Shown here: one piece after another, positions 49,661 to 63,115 of the stretch
How the letters are laid out: each line of letters starts with the position of its first letter
Position numbering within the stretch: the first letter of the stretch is position 1
NCBI GenBank assembly: GCA_904063045.1
Contig: CAJFCJ010000005.1
Coordinates: 1,751,988-1,815,987, forward strand
Length of the DNA: 64,000 bases
Direction of reading: 5' to 3'
Source of the DNA: Dimorphilus gyrociliatus
Taxonomy: Eukaryota > Animalia > Annelida
Made by a program: the position numbers and the translations under genes
The notes under the pieces: model-generated
The model's database searches: none
Told to the model about the DNA's origin: nothing
What the model saw: the letters and a program-made list of their open reading frames with translations, nothing else

Positions 49661-52600
49661 CAGTGAGATTAAAATTAATATTATATTTAGCATTCAAAAA
49701 AAGAGAACTATTTACATTCAAAACAAAAATAGAGTGATGCCAATTAAAATTTTTAAGCCACTTAGAGTGCCATAAATCATTAAAATAAATGCATTAATTG
49801 CAAACAATTAAAAGAAAAATATATATTTAAAATGGCTATGGTAGTTAAAATTGTAATTTGAAGCTTAAAACAAATTCCATTTATACAGTATAAATAAAAT
49901 TTGCTTTATCTTTTCATTGTCATTCTACAAATCAAAATTGATCTCATTACCCTTTTGGTTTGTGTTTTTTTTTTTTAAAAGCGAGTTTGTCACACTCTGT
50001 TCTGCTGAAAGTTGTTTTGTCAAGTTTTTTTTTCCCATTTTTAGGTTTAACGGTTTAAGTTGTTTGCTTAAGCTTTATAAACTATGGTGCTATAATTTCT
50101 TTTTTGTTATGTATAAAGATTCAAAATTACGCAGAAAAAATTCCAAATATGCTAAAATGGGAAAAAAGTACTTTTTAAGGTCTAGTTTACCATTCCTCAC
50201 GTGAAAAATGATTCTATGCAAAACAAGAAAGAGAAACTTCCAATGGCAAAATAATGTGTTATAGACACATATACAAAGACATATATATATATATATATAT
50301 ATATATAGGTATAAACCAAATCCACATTAAGGGCACAATTAAAAGCTATCTTTCAAAGTTTATTACAAAAAATTTATTATTTATATATATGTTGTTCTGG
50401 TTTGTTTATGTTTTGTCAAGGTTAAATCCAATAAATTGGTAACTGCAGAAAAAAAAACTATCTTATTGTAATGTTCAAAGAAAATACAAAAATATAATGA
50501 TATTGATTGATTATAACCGATTTTCTTTACTTTTGTATTGAAATTTTATGGAAAGATACGATTTTTCGGTTTATTCAACCGATATTCATTTTATTCTTTA
50601 GTAAATCAATAAAATAAGTTATTTAAGACTGGTGGCAAAAATATACTTGAAGATATTCTGCCTTGCAATTATTAGGGGTGAGTGAAATAAAATGGCTCAG
50701 GGTTTTTTCAAGGGTAGTACAGTCTACAGGAATATCACTACTAAATCTGTTATCATACTTGTTCTCAATAGGACTGGTTTCCTATTATGTTTAAGTACAT
50801 TCTACTGGTGTGGTGACGTCAATGATAAATAATAATACAAATATAGAAAGCAAACTTCCAGCTGTGTTTTTTCTTTCAACCGTTTCCAGTAATAAACCTC
50901 GTACAACTTGTACAGTATTACAATTTTTAATTGTTATAAAAAAAACTAATAAATGAATAGGCACAGCGCCTTTTAAGCAAATTAAGCATATACTGTATGC
51001 ATATATCTATCATCTATCTATATATCTATTTATATATATATAGTATATGTTATATAAATATATATAAATTTATATATACTGTATATATATAGATAAATTG
51101 TAAAAATATTTATGACGTACAAGTTTTTATGTTACCTATTCTAGTTCTTAACTTAAACAAATGAAAAGGATCCAGTCAGATTAATCAAACAACGTGCGAT
51201 AACAAACTAGTGTTAGATAACGAAATACAATATTTTATCATATATTTTAAGGAGGAGGTTCGCTTTGCAAGTTGAAAAACTAGTGTAGAGATATTTATTT
51301 GCTCTCTCTCTCTGTCTGTCTCTCTCTAAGTTCAATATATCAAAGAAACTTGCAAAATTAAAATTATAAATGCGTTCGTGCAACAAAAATTAGGCAATAT
51401 ACTATATTACAAGTACATTAACTGCATGATTCAATGCTTGAGGTGTCTAAATCTAATTTCTTTTTATTATATACTATACATTTCATATTTTCGTTTTGGA
51501 GTTACAGATAACCTTAGATTATTGAGTGGATTGAACCTACTTTTTTTTTATCAAATTTACACTTCACCTCTATAATAAAGGAAACTTATAATATACTTCA
51601 TAATAAAACGACAAAAGAATAATAAGAGTAATTATGTCATTTATCGTTATATATTCAATTTTTTAATTTATAAATGGGAAATTTGTACCTATTATTTAAA
51701 GCCATACAGTAGTAGCTTTTAGTTCTTTACACATATACTAAAAATTTATTGATGCAATAAAACATAACAAAAAGGATGTTTATCATCTAGATATTATTCT
51801 TCCTTACTATCAATTTAGGTAGATTAAACCGGAAGTACAGATTTTTTTTGGTACTCTTAATTTTCATAATATTTATATTTAAATTATGATAACAATTATT
51901 TGTGCACAAATACACTGTAGCCTGGACAGTTATATATACATATATATACCACTTATACAGAGTATACTAATATATATATATATCTATACATACACAGTAT
52001 ATATACTCTATATAAGAGTGTCTATGTTTAAGCAAACACCCTATTTTTAAATTCTATGCATACTGTATATGAAGTATACGTATGAGAGATTAATTAGTTA
52101 AAAGTAGGTCAATGTCTTACATTTGTCATTCGATTTATATTATCTTCTTATTTTTATAGGCCTTCAGAGAATACTCTCTCGATATTTATCGATAAGGAAT
52201 TATATAAGCATATTCTTCATGTGACAGTATACCTAATAGATTCATCCGTAAAATCTAGGCTTGCTAAATTCGTGATTTAATTGAACATGTGCGTGAACGT
52301 GTTTTCATTATCGAATTACACTTTAATTATATCTTTAGGGCCGAATATCATCCCAGAGTATTAAAGTATGTTAATATTAATTAGCAAAAGCAATTTTATC
52401 ACGAAAACCATGTTGAACATTCGATACTTTGAGCAGCTAAAAAAAGAAATTTAAATGTTTATAATGACGATATTCTTTTTAATAAGACGATCATTCAATT
52501 TGTTACGAAAGCAATTTCAGATTGGAATATAACAAGAAATAGATACTTTAGAATATTCATAAAAATATCTTGTAATGCATAATTGCGAATAAGAACTACG

Positions 52601-52953
52601 TGATCAGTTATAAAATGTATAAAATATAGATATTCTACTTTATAAACTGTATATGCTTCAATACAATTGACACTAAACAGTTCCCAGAACCAATAGAATC
52701 ATCAAGGTGAAAATTTTCTAGTCTACTATACCGGAAGGTTTAGGACAAGGTCTAAAGTAACGTGCAAACTGTACCGAACAAATATATAAAATATTCTTAA
52801 CATATGCAAATTTTTTTAATTTGAAAAAAAATTCGTGCAATCGAACTTTTACTGGAAACTGTAATATTATCCGACTTTAATTTGACTATCGTTTCACTGC
52901 TCCATACTTAGTCCGCCCTCTGTAGTACAAATTGGATATAAGTGTTCTAGATT

Positions 52954-55003
52954 TCAGTGTTTCCACATCTTCAGCATTCCGTCATCTGAATAAGTTGCAA
53001 TTAGGTTATTGTGTGGATGATGACAAAGTCCAATTACGTCCTTATCATGAACCTGAAAAAGCAAACACAAGTCATAATCTCTTACGATTTACATATGAGA
53101 ATAGCTAGTTACCTCTAATGTTCTTTCCAGCTTCCCAGTAGACATACAAAAACAATACAATACATTATCTTCCCCAACACAATAAATCCATTCACCTCTA
53201 GGTGAAGTTGTGCAACAGACAAAATCTCCTCCCTCCCTTTTACCGTTATTGAAACTTCTGACAATCTGTCCTCTCATATTCATAACAACAACAGTATTCG
53301 ATCGATTACACACTACAAAATGATCTTGATTTCTTGCTATTAAATGAACACTATGAACAGTCAAATCAGTACCGCTATCAATACCACCAACAGATTTAAA
53401 AGTATTCTGACAATCAGCTGTTTTCACACTCCAAACCTTAACTGAACCATCCGAACTTGCACTAATGACATAATGGCCATCAGCTGTGTATGTAGCCCAA
53501 TTTACAAATGAGGTGTGACCACGAAATTCTTTAAGTGTTTTTCCAGACTTCAAGCCGTGAATGCGTATTGTATGATCGAAAGAAGAGCTGAGTATATGAC
53601 TGTTGTCCTTTGACATTTGAACGCAGGTTACGCCCTTTGCATGTGCTTTTTCAAATCGACGAAGACATTGGCCAGTTTGAATTTTCCACACCTGTTAGAA
53701 AGATAAAAGCTTAACAATGATCAATCAATCAAATATATGACAGAATTTACTTTAATCTTTCCATCTTGCGATCCGGTTGTTAGCATTTCTGAATCTCTAC
53801 TAAAGCACATGCATAAAACTGCCTCCTCCATCATCATATAGTTATCTTGAGCCTGATATTTTAAATCTTTTCGAATTTTTCCTGTTGTAAAGTTCCAAAC
53901 TTCTATGAAACCATCGATCGATCCAGTTACCAAATATTGTCCATCAGGTGAAAATTTAGCACATTCGACATGAGATTTTTGGCCAAACTGTAAAAAAATA
54001 ATGAATGAATCTGTAACAGATTTTACTAAATCAAGCAAACTTTTATTTGTTTAGCGAATTGAGTAGGGTATCTTTCGTCCTCCTGTTGTTTAACTGAAGC
54101 TTTTCCTCTGAAAACATCGATAGTTGTTCCTGGAGGCAAAAGTCCTTGATGTTGTTGCCATTTTAAAGCTTGAGCTAACAGAGCCAAAAGTCTTGACGAA
54201 GGTACAACATGTACTTCACCAGAAAGGCTCTGTGCTATAGCTCCACGCCTCTTATCTTTACTTTGACCTTCAGTATAAGCCTGTATGTAGGAATAGTCGT
54301 AAAAAAGTTTTGTACGCAAAGAGTTAATGTATGAAAACTGAACCTCTTTTGGATCAAAATAATTTCTTTGTAGCATATTTTCTAAATGTACATATCTTTC
54401 AGGATGCTTAGATTTAAGCATTATCATAGGATCTGTTTGCCTCAGAACAGATCTAGCAGCTGCTAATTCTCTCAATTCAATTAATTCCAAAACAATTTGT
54501 TCATATAAATCTATCAACTTCTGATCTGGAAGTTTAAGTGATTGAATTGCTTGTAAAACTGTGTCCCAATGACCATTGTTAATTTCTGCAACAAAATTTT
54601 CAACAGAGTCAACTGTATTTAGAGAGATGTTCGTTTCTTCCTGTTGGTTTAGAAAAGAGTAAACAAGTTACATTAACATCAGAATTTTGAAAGACTAATA
54701 GGATATAGACAGCTTAAAAAACAAATAAAAATACTTAGTTATACCTGCAAAGTATGTAAAGTTCGAAGTAAGTTATTTTCTTTCAAATATTGCTGAATTA
54801 ACCGGATAACGCTGAAAATGAGCGATAATGAAGATAGTTTAAGAAATATAAGTAAGATATCGTATATACGAAATTAAATGCAGTGCAATCGAAAAAAAAT
54901 GTTTTGAATATTTTAATCTGAATTGTTAATAATAAAAGAATTTGGGCTTAAAAAGTTGTTTAGCAAAAACTTACTCAGCCGATTCTATTTCCAAAGCCGC
55001 CAT
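52954..55003 (-). CDS. SMU1: WD40 repeat-containing spliceosomal protein SMU1
   Basis: [10 protein letters not shown]|[61 protein letters not shown] and C-terminal [22 protein letters not shown]. Confidence 0.97.
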
Positions 55004-55256
55004 ATTTCCAAGCAACTTGTAATATGGTGTTGAATGGAATATATGAACACGAGTTTACCCGTCTAAATCGTGAAACGTACTACACTCAAGATTAAACCTT
55101 TAAAATGAGTATATTATTTAATATTTGAGTACTTTATTTTGGCAATGTATTGAAAGACAATTAGGAAATTTCGTCAATACTGTAATAACTGACAATAACA
55201 ACAAGTTAATCAAAATTTAAATTGGCTTATGCGGCTCTTGTGTAAACTTGGAAAGA
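55004..55256. promoter_or_regulatory. Probable bidirectional promoter SMU1/ALG14
   Basis: Head-to-head start codons only 253 bp apart. Confidence 0.6.
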
Positions 55257-56021
55257 ATGTTTTACATTTTCGCAATAACAGTAATAATCTTGGTAATTCT
55301 GCTAGTTTTTCGATTAGCCTATATCTTATATAGTCTAAGAAAAGCTCGACAGAGTCCGGATGCTCCCCAAGTCAGAAATGTAGTCAAAACAATGATAATA
55401 ATGGGCTCAGGTTTGTTACACCTTTCAACTTGAAAATAGTTAGATTGATTGTTGATTATTAAATTTTAAGGTGGCCATACAACAGAAATGCTAAGATTAA
55501 TTTCGAAACTGTCTCAACAATATTCTCCCCGGATATATATCATTGCCCAAACTGATGAAATGAGCAAGCAAAAAGTGATGGAATATCATTCCACCGATAT
55601 TCCCGTAAGTACCTAATGTTTGCATTTCTCAGACCTTTAAAATCGTTTATTACAATTATTTTAGTATGAAATCAAATTAATACCTAGAAGCAGAGAAGTA
55701 AAGCAAACATATTTTAGTAGCATTTTTACAACAATTTATTCATTTATCTACTGCTTTCCAATGATATTTAAATTTAAACCGGACTTGGTGCTTACAAATG
55801 GACCTGGAACGTGCATTCCAATCTGCATGATGGCGTTTTGTATGAGGTTTTTTGGTCTTAAAGAAAGTAAAATTTTGTTTGTGGAGAGTATTTGTCGGGT
55901 GAAAACGCTTTCATTAACCGGTAAAATTCTATACTACTTTGCCGATTACGTTGTTGTTCAATGGAAAAGTTTGTATGAGAAATATCCACATTCAACTTAT
56001 CTTGGTGGAAGATTAATATAA
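55257..56021 (+). CDS. ALG14: UDP-GlcNAc transferase subunit ALG14
   Basis: Exons 55257-55410, 55471-55604 and 55665-56021. Motifs IIMGSGGHTTEM, IPRSREVKQ, NGPGTCIP and FVESICRVKTLSLTGKIL. Confidence 0.95.
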
Positions 56022-56126
56022 ATCTTTAGCATTTTAAATTATTGTTAAAAAACATGAGATAGCTATATTATGATGCTTTTATTTTTATTTAAAAAATTTT
56101 AACGAAAATCAAAATGGTTGTTATAT

Positions 56127-57405
56127 TTAATTGACGCCCCAAAAAAGAGTGGGCCTATCACCGGCATATTTCCTAGCTCTTGTTGCAAAAGATGTGAAAG
56201 ATGATACGCAATTACCAATAAAGTAATCCGATTTGATAAGGACAGCCAGATCATACAAAGGATTCCACGGATCCCAGTGATAGATTCTTACATTCTCGCT
56301 TTGAAGGTGCTCTTCCAATTCAGCTTTCATATTTCTCTTGTCAGTCGCTACGAAAACAACTTTATACTTAGTTTTCAGGACTATACTCTTAACTAATCTA
56401 TAAAAATAACATAATTATTTTATGAAGCTAGATAATTAATTTTAAACCTTAAAATTTCCTTATCATCCGGAAAACACATATTATTAGTCACGATATTTTG
56501 GGAGTCTCCATCTAGACATTGCGGTGAAGCCATATAGGCAGGTGTTTTTAGCTTTTCTACATCTTTACATGCATTTGCCCAATCAACATTATTTCTTAAA
56601 TGAATGCCAATGAAATTTTCCTTTGGAAAATTTTCGTTTATATACTTTTCAGATTCAGTTACAATCTTGTCACTAAACACTAGGTACTTTTGTAAAAATT
56701 GATGTTCCCTCCGTATTGGAAATGCTGCTGGTGATCCCCTATAAGCCAAAACCGGATACTTTGAAGGCTTATATCTTTTTAACCATTGTAATTTACTTTC
56801 TTCACCGTAGGATAACTGATAAACTATATCTTTAACAAAGTCAACTTTGAGACCATCCCAAAACGGGCCGAAAGGAGATCCAGATTTCATTCTACACCCT
56901 AGTTTTTCATCACTTTTAGGTAAATAGCAAAAGCCATATCGTTGTTTTTCAGGCCAATATTTAGGTGCTAAATGCTCCATAAATTCATCGGCTAAGATCA
57001 CTTTATGGTATTTCGCAATTTCTTCTACTTTGAAATATTCGTCAAAATGAACATTTCGCTGTTTAAGAAAAAAACCTGTACAATTATCTCTGTTATAGAT
57101 ACACGTTATTTTTTGCTAACGTAAGTTCGGAACGGCGGAAGAATTAATGTTCGACCCAACATTTTTGCGAAAGCCAGACCTCCAAGTAAATGATCCACTT
57201 GATTACCAAATCTCCCTTAATTGTTAAGCCGATTATGTCTATGAATTAGAAGCACAGATAAATTGACGTACTAACCCATACATAAACAGAATATAATATA
57301 ACCATTCTTATCCCATTCGTATTTCTCATCCTGTTCGCCACTGTTCACCTGATTCACAATCATGGAAATCATGGCAATACTCAGAACTAATTTACAGAAA
57401 GACAT
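56127..57405 (-). CDS. POFUT1: GDP-fucose protein O-fucosyltransferase 1
   Basis: Signal peptide, then [14 protein letters not shown]|[23 protein letters not shown] and [14 protein letters not shown]. Confidence 0.95.
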
Positions 57406-59721
57406 AACTTCAAATGTTGATTTAATCTTAAATTATCTAATAAAAATTTCAATAGAAAAAAGTTGTCAATATATATTTGATATAAAATTTATAGAATGAA
57501 ACTGACAGCCGATAATAGCCGAAAAGTTTCAAATGTCCTCAATTTCGTCCGTTCGTTGCAAATTACGGTGTCCAGAAATATAATAAAAACCAGTTCGCGC
57601 TCAAAGAAAGTGCTTTTTCAATTATTCTAAATAAAATATGTCAAATTATAAAACAAACATATAGGAGGATAATCTAAGCCTTTCAAAAGATATTATTACG
57701 CTTATCATAACTAGTACGTCGATACCAATAATTCCGAATCAAACGGAATATCTTTACGTTGAAAAGTAAATTAATTGTATAACTGTCAATCGAGAAAAAA
57801 AACAGCCTAATTGACTGCGAATTCACTGGCAACTGCAAACTTATTTACTCTCTAGAGAATATTGTCGGGAGACTATTCGCTCAGTTTTAATCCAGGAATT
57901 ACTTTGTTCTTTATTCTAAAATTGGATTAGTTGCTCTCTATTTTAGGAAAATTTTTGTAAATTTAGGTAATGTAAAAGAATTTCAAATTGGAATGAAGAA
58001 TTGGAAAGAGTAAAAAAAGAATCATCATTATGTAAGGAAAAAGACTCTTATTTTATTCTATTATTTCGTGCTTTGGGAAGTAGCTTATCCCCTTTAAAAA
58101 AGTACTTTTATAGATTCATTAATTTAGTATTTTTTTTTATTTGGGAAAAACTTGTTTTTCCAGCAGTTCTTTTATTCTGTCTGCAAAGTAGAAAGTGTTT
58201 ATACATATTATATGTGTAGATCTATTTTTTATTATCATTTTGTTCGGCTGGCTAGCGATTTGCAGTGCATTTTACAGTGCGTATATAAAGGTATATATAG
58301 GTATTTACTTCGTTATTTAATCTACCTGAGAGTATATTACACCATTCTCTGTATAAGATAACGTATTCATATATTCAAATTATAATTAATAATATTATAT
58401 TTCCAGAGGATAGCATTCTTATGTAGAGTGGATATGAAGTCAATGGTAAATTATCTATAAAAACATGACTGTCATACATTTGCATGAACTTATTAGCATA
58501 TCACTTGCACTCCATAAGTTTCAGCTATAAGAAGAGAGATCCCAATTACATAATCTTATAGGAAGGAGCATCTCCTAAAACTGTATACAAGCATTAGGCG
58601 ACGTTGATTGGTAAAAGACTGGTTCGACGTCATCGTTTGCATAATATATAAAAAGCATCATTTGTAGTTTTGCAGGCGATATTCACTGAAAAAAGTTGTA
58701 AAGGTTAGTATCAATGCTGTATTTTTGCTAAAAAATTTCCTTTACTTTTAAGATAGTATTACAACTTTTAACCTTTAAAAATGAACACATTTATAGATTA
58801 ATATGTTTTCATAATATAATCGTTTTTTATAATTATCAAATACGATACAGAGAGATGTAGACAATTTAGAAACAGTTTGTAAAGGAAAATAAAAATTTAT
58901 GATTTATTAAATATTTAATATTTTGGTATGATACTCGTACAGAAGGTAAAAAGGTAAAATTACATTTTGTAAAATGCTCGTTGTTTTTAGCTAACGGGCA
59001 AAAAGTACCATTTGTCGGATATGATTGTAAATAAGCGAAAGCCATTAATTAAGAACTAAGAAATGAGAAAAAATTAAGACGCGTTTTTAATAAGGCTTGC
59101 ACTATATTCATATTCAATTGATAAAGTATAAAAGATGCAATATTCTTTTGCCGACAACAACACGTAGTAAAATTACATGTAGACATTCTAAAACGATAGT
59201 AAATATCTAGGTTTAAACAGAGTCTTTATTAGGTTATTGCATTTGCTATATCTGCTTCTAAACGCTTTAAACAACGTAAGTAACAATGGTAATAGGTAAG
59301 AAATTGGAAAAAAAATAAGTCTTTAATATCTTTGCCATATAGCTCTTATATCTTGTTAAATAAGCAAAAGATCTTTGTCTTTTTTACTGCTTTTTAGATT
59401 TCTTTTTACTTTTGAGCAAATATTTCAAATGAAATAGACCAAAAATATGGTGCTTAGTCGCCCTATTCACCATGTCACGTACAGTCTGAGGAATGGGATA
59501 GGAAGGGGGTTTTGGTGGTAAAAAAAAGAAAAGGAGAGGGAAAAGACGTCTCTCTAGTTTCATTAAGCAGACTGACAAAAGTCAGAGTCTTCTGATTACT
59601 TCCGCGACTTGCTTTTAAAGAAAGATAAATATATAGGAAAAAAATTGTCGATTTTATTTATTTACTTATCTTATAGACAATTTTTTCTAAAGCGAAGAAA
59701 TTAGAGAAAAATAAAATAATC

Positions 59722-60905
59722 ATGACTATGAATGCGATCGACTCATCATCTTTTTCTCCTCTACTATCTGTTTCGTCTCCTTCTCCAATGGTATCCGATT
59801 TGACCAGAGCAAATACAATAAGGTCTACAACACTTGTGATTTGTGCTTTCGGAATAGGTGGTATAACATTAACTGTTATCGTTCTTAGCCGAAAACATAT
59901 GAGTAATAGTACCAACGTATATTTGATGGCCTTAGCTGTTTCGGATTTGATATACTTATTAATTTTTGCTTCAAAACGGATTGGAGAGAGAATAATAGAA
60001 GATATTTTATCCATTGATCCACAAACACAGGCTCAGGACATTTTCGATATTTACGATATATATGCTAGTCACCTAATGCAGATTTGTCTCTTAGCCAGCA
60101 TTTGGTTAACTGTTGTTCTGGCAATTGAGAGATGGATAGCAATATGTCAACCTTTTCTGGCATCAAAGTTTTGCACAGTTTTTCGTTCAAGAATTTTCAC
60201 AATAATAGTTTTTCTTTTCGCCTTTCTAATGCGTTTGCCATCACTATTCGAATTTAAGATTGATACACATCATTCATCTAATAAGACATTCATTTTTAAA
60301 TCAGCAACAAACTTCTCAAACAGTGTTTCTTATAATATAGTATATCCTTGGATTGTTGATGTTTTTATTTCATCTATTATACCTTTTGCACTTTTACTCG
60401 GTCTAAATCTAAAACTTATCATTGAGGTTCATAAATCAACAACCTATCTACAAAAGAGCCTAACAACACCTAACAATCGAGTTCGTCGAGAAGAACTTCA
60501 AATTACTGTAATGCTTATATCGGTTATAATTGTCTTCTTTATTTGTCAGGTTAATTGTCTCAATTATCAAATTTAAATTTATCTATTAAATTTAATTGAT
60601 TCCAGGCACCCTACCTAACCTACGCTGCCCTCTTAACTATAATAAGCAGACAAAGAACACAGAGCTTTATGATTTTTCGAGAAGTTGCTAAATTAATGTT
60701 GACTTTAAAGTCTTCTGTTAATTTTGTACTTTACTGTTGGTTTAGTGAAAAATTTTGGTTGACAATCAAAAGATTATTTTGCTTTTGCGATTGGCAAAGT
60801 CGAAGAAAAATGAATACTTTAGATGGTACGACGCCTACTGTCTATTTTGGAATGAGAAAGTTAAGTAGTTCAAATGTAAGAGAGACAACATTCACAATTG
60901 ATTAA
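59722..60905 (+). CDS. Rhodopsin-family peptide GPCR (FMRFamide/sex-peptide-receptor-like)
   Basis: Exons 59722-60549 and 60606-60905. Seven hydrophobic segments with STNVYLMALAVSD, LAIERWIAIC, IIPF, CQAPY and SSVNFVLYC. Confidence 0.9.
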
Positions 60906-61415
60906 AAAAGGAAAAAGACATTTTTGTTTTTCGTGTTCACTTTTTCTATATTAGTTTATAGTGTAGAGTACGTGAGGAACATATTAATTACTTTAACATG
61001 CAGTTATTTGTTTTATCTGTTAATTACTCTATTAAATACAGTATTCGGCTTGTCGAACAGCAAAAAAAAAAAACAGCAACAAAGTAAAAAAGGAAACAAA
61101 ATCATCTGTTTATTGTAATTCTAGGTTTTTTAGAAGCACAACTTGACTCTCTCTCTCTCTTTTTTTTTCTGTTCAGTATCATTTACTTAGTAGAAAAATT
61201 GAAATGTTTTATTTTTTCTTTCTGTAGACTTTCCTCAATAGGTTTTCCACTTGGTGGATAGATAATACACTGCAAGATTATCTTCATCATTCCATAAAAA
61301 TTATGAAATATTCCAGTCATAGCATTTTAGAAAATGATGAATGATCGTTTTACTAGCGACATCTGTTACATACACTTAAATGATGTACAGATTCAAAGAT
61401 GGACATTTAAGGAAA

Positions 61416-62798
61416 TTAATGATGAAATCCCTCCAAATAGCATTCAACATCACTAAAGTTAATATAACGTATCAAAGTAGGAGGAAGAGGCAATCGAATG
61501 TAGGTGGTGTAAACGTTTTTACCCAAAGACTTTCGTATAGTGAAACGACAGAGTTGCATAAGGGTGTTACGCTCAGTGACGTCTTGTAAAAACTCATTCA
61601 TCAATCTACTCATGTGCGTAAACTTGGGTAACTTTATAACATCCATACTTCTTATTAACTCTAACAAAATTTCCAATTTATCCTCTTTAACACAAAATTT
61701 CAAGGTTCTTTCCAAAATCACCGGCCTCCTCGTTAACACTAGGTTCAAACAATTCAAGCAATTCGATTTGGTGGCATAGTGCAGAGCATTGTGATTGCTA
61801 TCGTCAAGATCATCAACAAATGATTGTGGTAGAAGAGTTAGAAGGTATTCTACTGTATTTATATGTCCTCCCCTGCATCCCAGCATGAGGTAATTGGCTT
61901 TTGCTGGTATATAAATTTGAGCGTCGCAATATCCAGTGTCAATTATTTGATCTATACGACAATCACCAGTAGCCAGTAATAAATTAATAATTTTATGGTC
62001 GCTTCCACCTTCACATGCCCAACCGAGAGCGTTTAGGCCGCAAGCCTTGATTTGTACATCAGCCTTATAGCTTAATAATAATTTAACGATGTCATAGTGT
62101 TTGTTATAGCAAGCAAATAACATTGGTGTCATTCCTCTCGAATTCTTTGAATTAATGAGATTCCTACACCGTTCGTCGTATAGTAAGCTTCTCATTGCTT
62201 TGAAGGCGCCTTCTGTCGCCGTTGCATGTAAAATATTCTCAGAATGATTATCTTGTATTGTAGGATCGGCTCCCGACCTCAACAATAGATCAACAATCTC
62301 ATCGTAATCCGCCCTTGCTGCCATAAAAATCGGCGTCCTGCCAATCATCGTTCGAGCATTTATATCTGCGCCAGCTTTCAAGATCATCCTTGCACATTCA
62401 ATATTATCTCTTGTGCATGCCCAATGTAAAGCGGTAGCCCTAACTCGGAAATTGGCCTTATTAACATTAGCTCCGTGCTTTAATAGTTCTTCCACGACAT
62501 TATCGTGACCATTTCTTGCAGCTAAGATAAGTGCAGTATTACCATTGGAATCGTGAAGATTAGGAGCGCATCCATTCGATAGTAACGCCCTTGCAGGACC
62601 ACTATAACCCTTCCAAGCTGCGACATGAAGAGCTTTAGCCATTTCATCGCAAGCTTGATTTTTACTGGATTGCAGTAGTTTGTTTACTCCGTCTGCATCA
62701 TCTCTTCTAACTAAGCCAACTAAACGACTATTTTTGTCCAAATTCTAATTAGTATATATGTTAATTACGTTAAGAACTTTTTCCTACCTCATTTCCAT
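61416..62798 (-). CDS. Ankyrin repeat and SOCS box protein (ASB-like)
   Basis: Short first exon 62798-62788 (MEMS), 60-nt intron, then exon 62727-61416. About 8 ankyrin repeats (GNTALILAA, GRTPIFMAA, GMTPMLFAC) and a C-terminal SOCS box TLMQLCRFTIRKSL...LPLPPTLIRYI. Confidence 0.9.
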
Positions 62799-63115
62799 TG
62801 TTTTACTTAATTGACAAGATGAGCTAAACTGATACAAAGCCATTTTTAAAGCAAAATGTAATAATTTTTCACCTTTTGCAGATCTACTGCACTACGTATA
62901 TACTATCTTATCTAGGTTAAGGTGAAGGTTTAAAAACACGAAACTACAGTACCAAAGCTGATGATATATATTTTTGATTAATTTTTTTTTAATAAAAAAA
63001 AAATGTAACAAATTTTTATATCAAAAGATTTATTCTATTATATGGAATAAGTTAAATTTAGGTTATATTTTATTAACAAATGAGTAAAAGTTCTCCTTTT
63101 CTCCTTCATTAATTC

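Noticed and set aside
12311-57405. Apparent glycobiology cluster (PGGHG, WSC/CTL, GT31, ALG14, POFUT1)
   Set aside because: The genes belong to unrelated pathways and are interspersed with housekeeping and neural genes; chance adjacency in a dense genome is sufficient.
61380-61779. Plus-strand ORFs overlapping the ASB gene
   Set aside because: Antisense shadows with no domain features.
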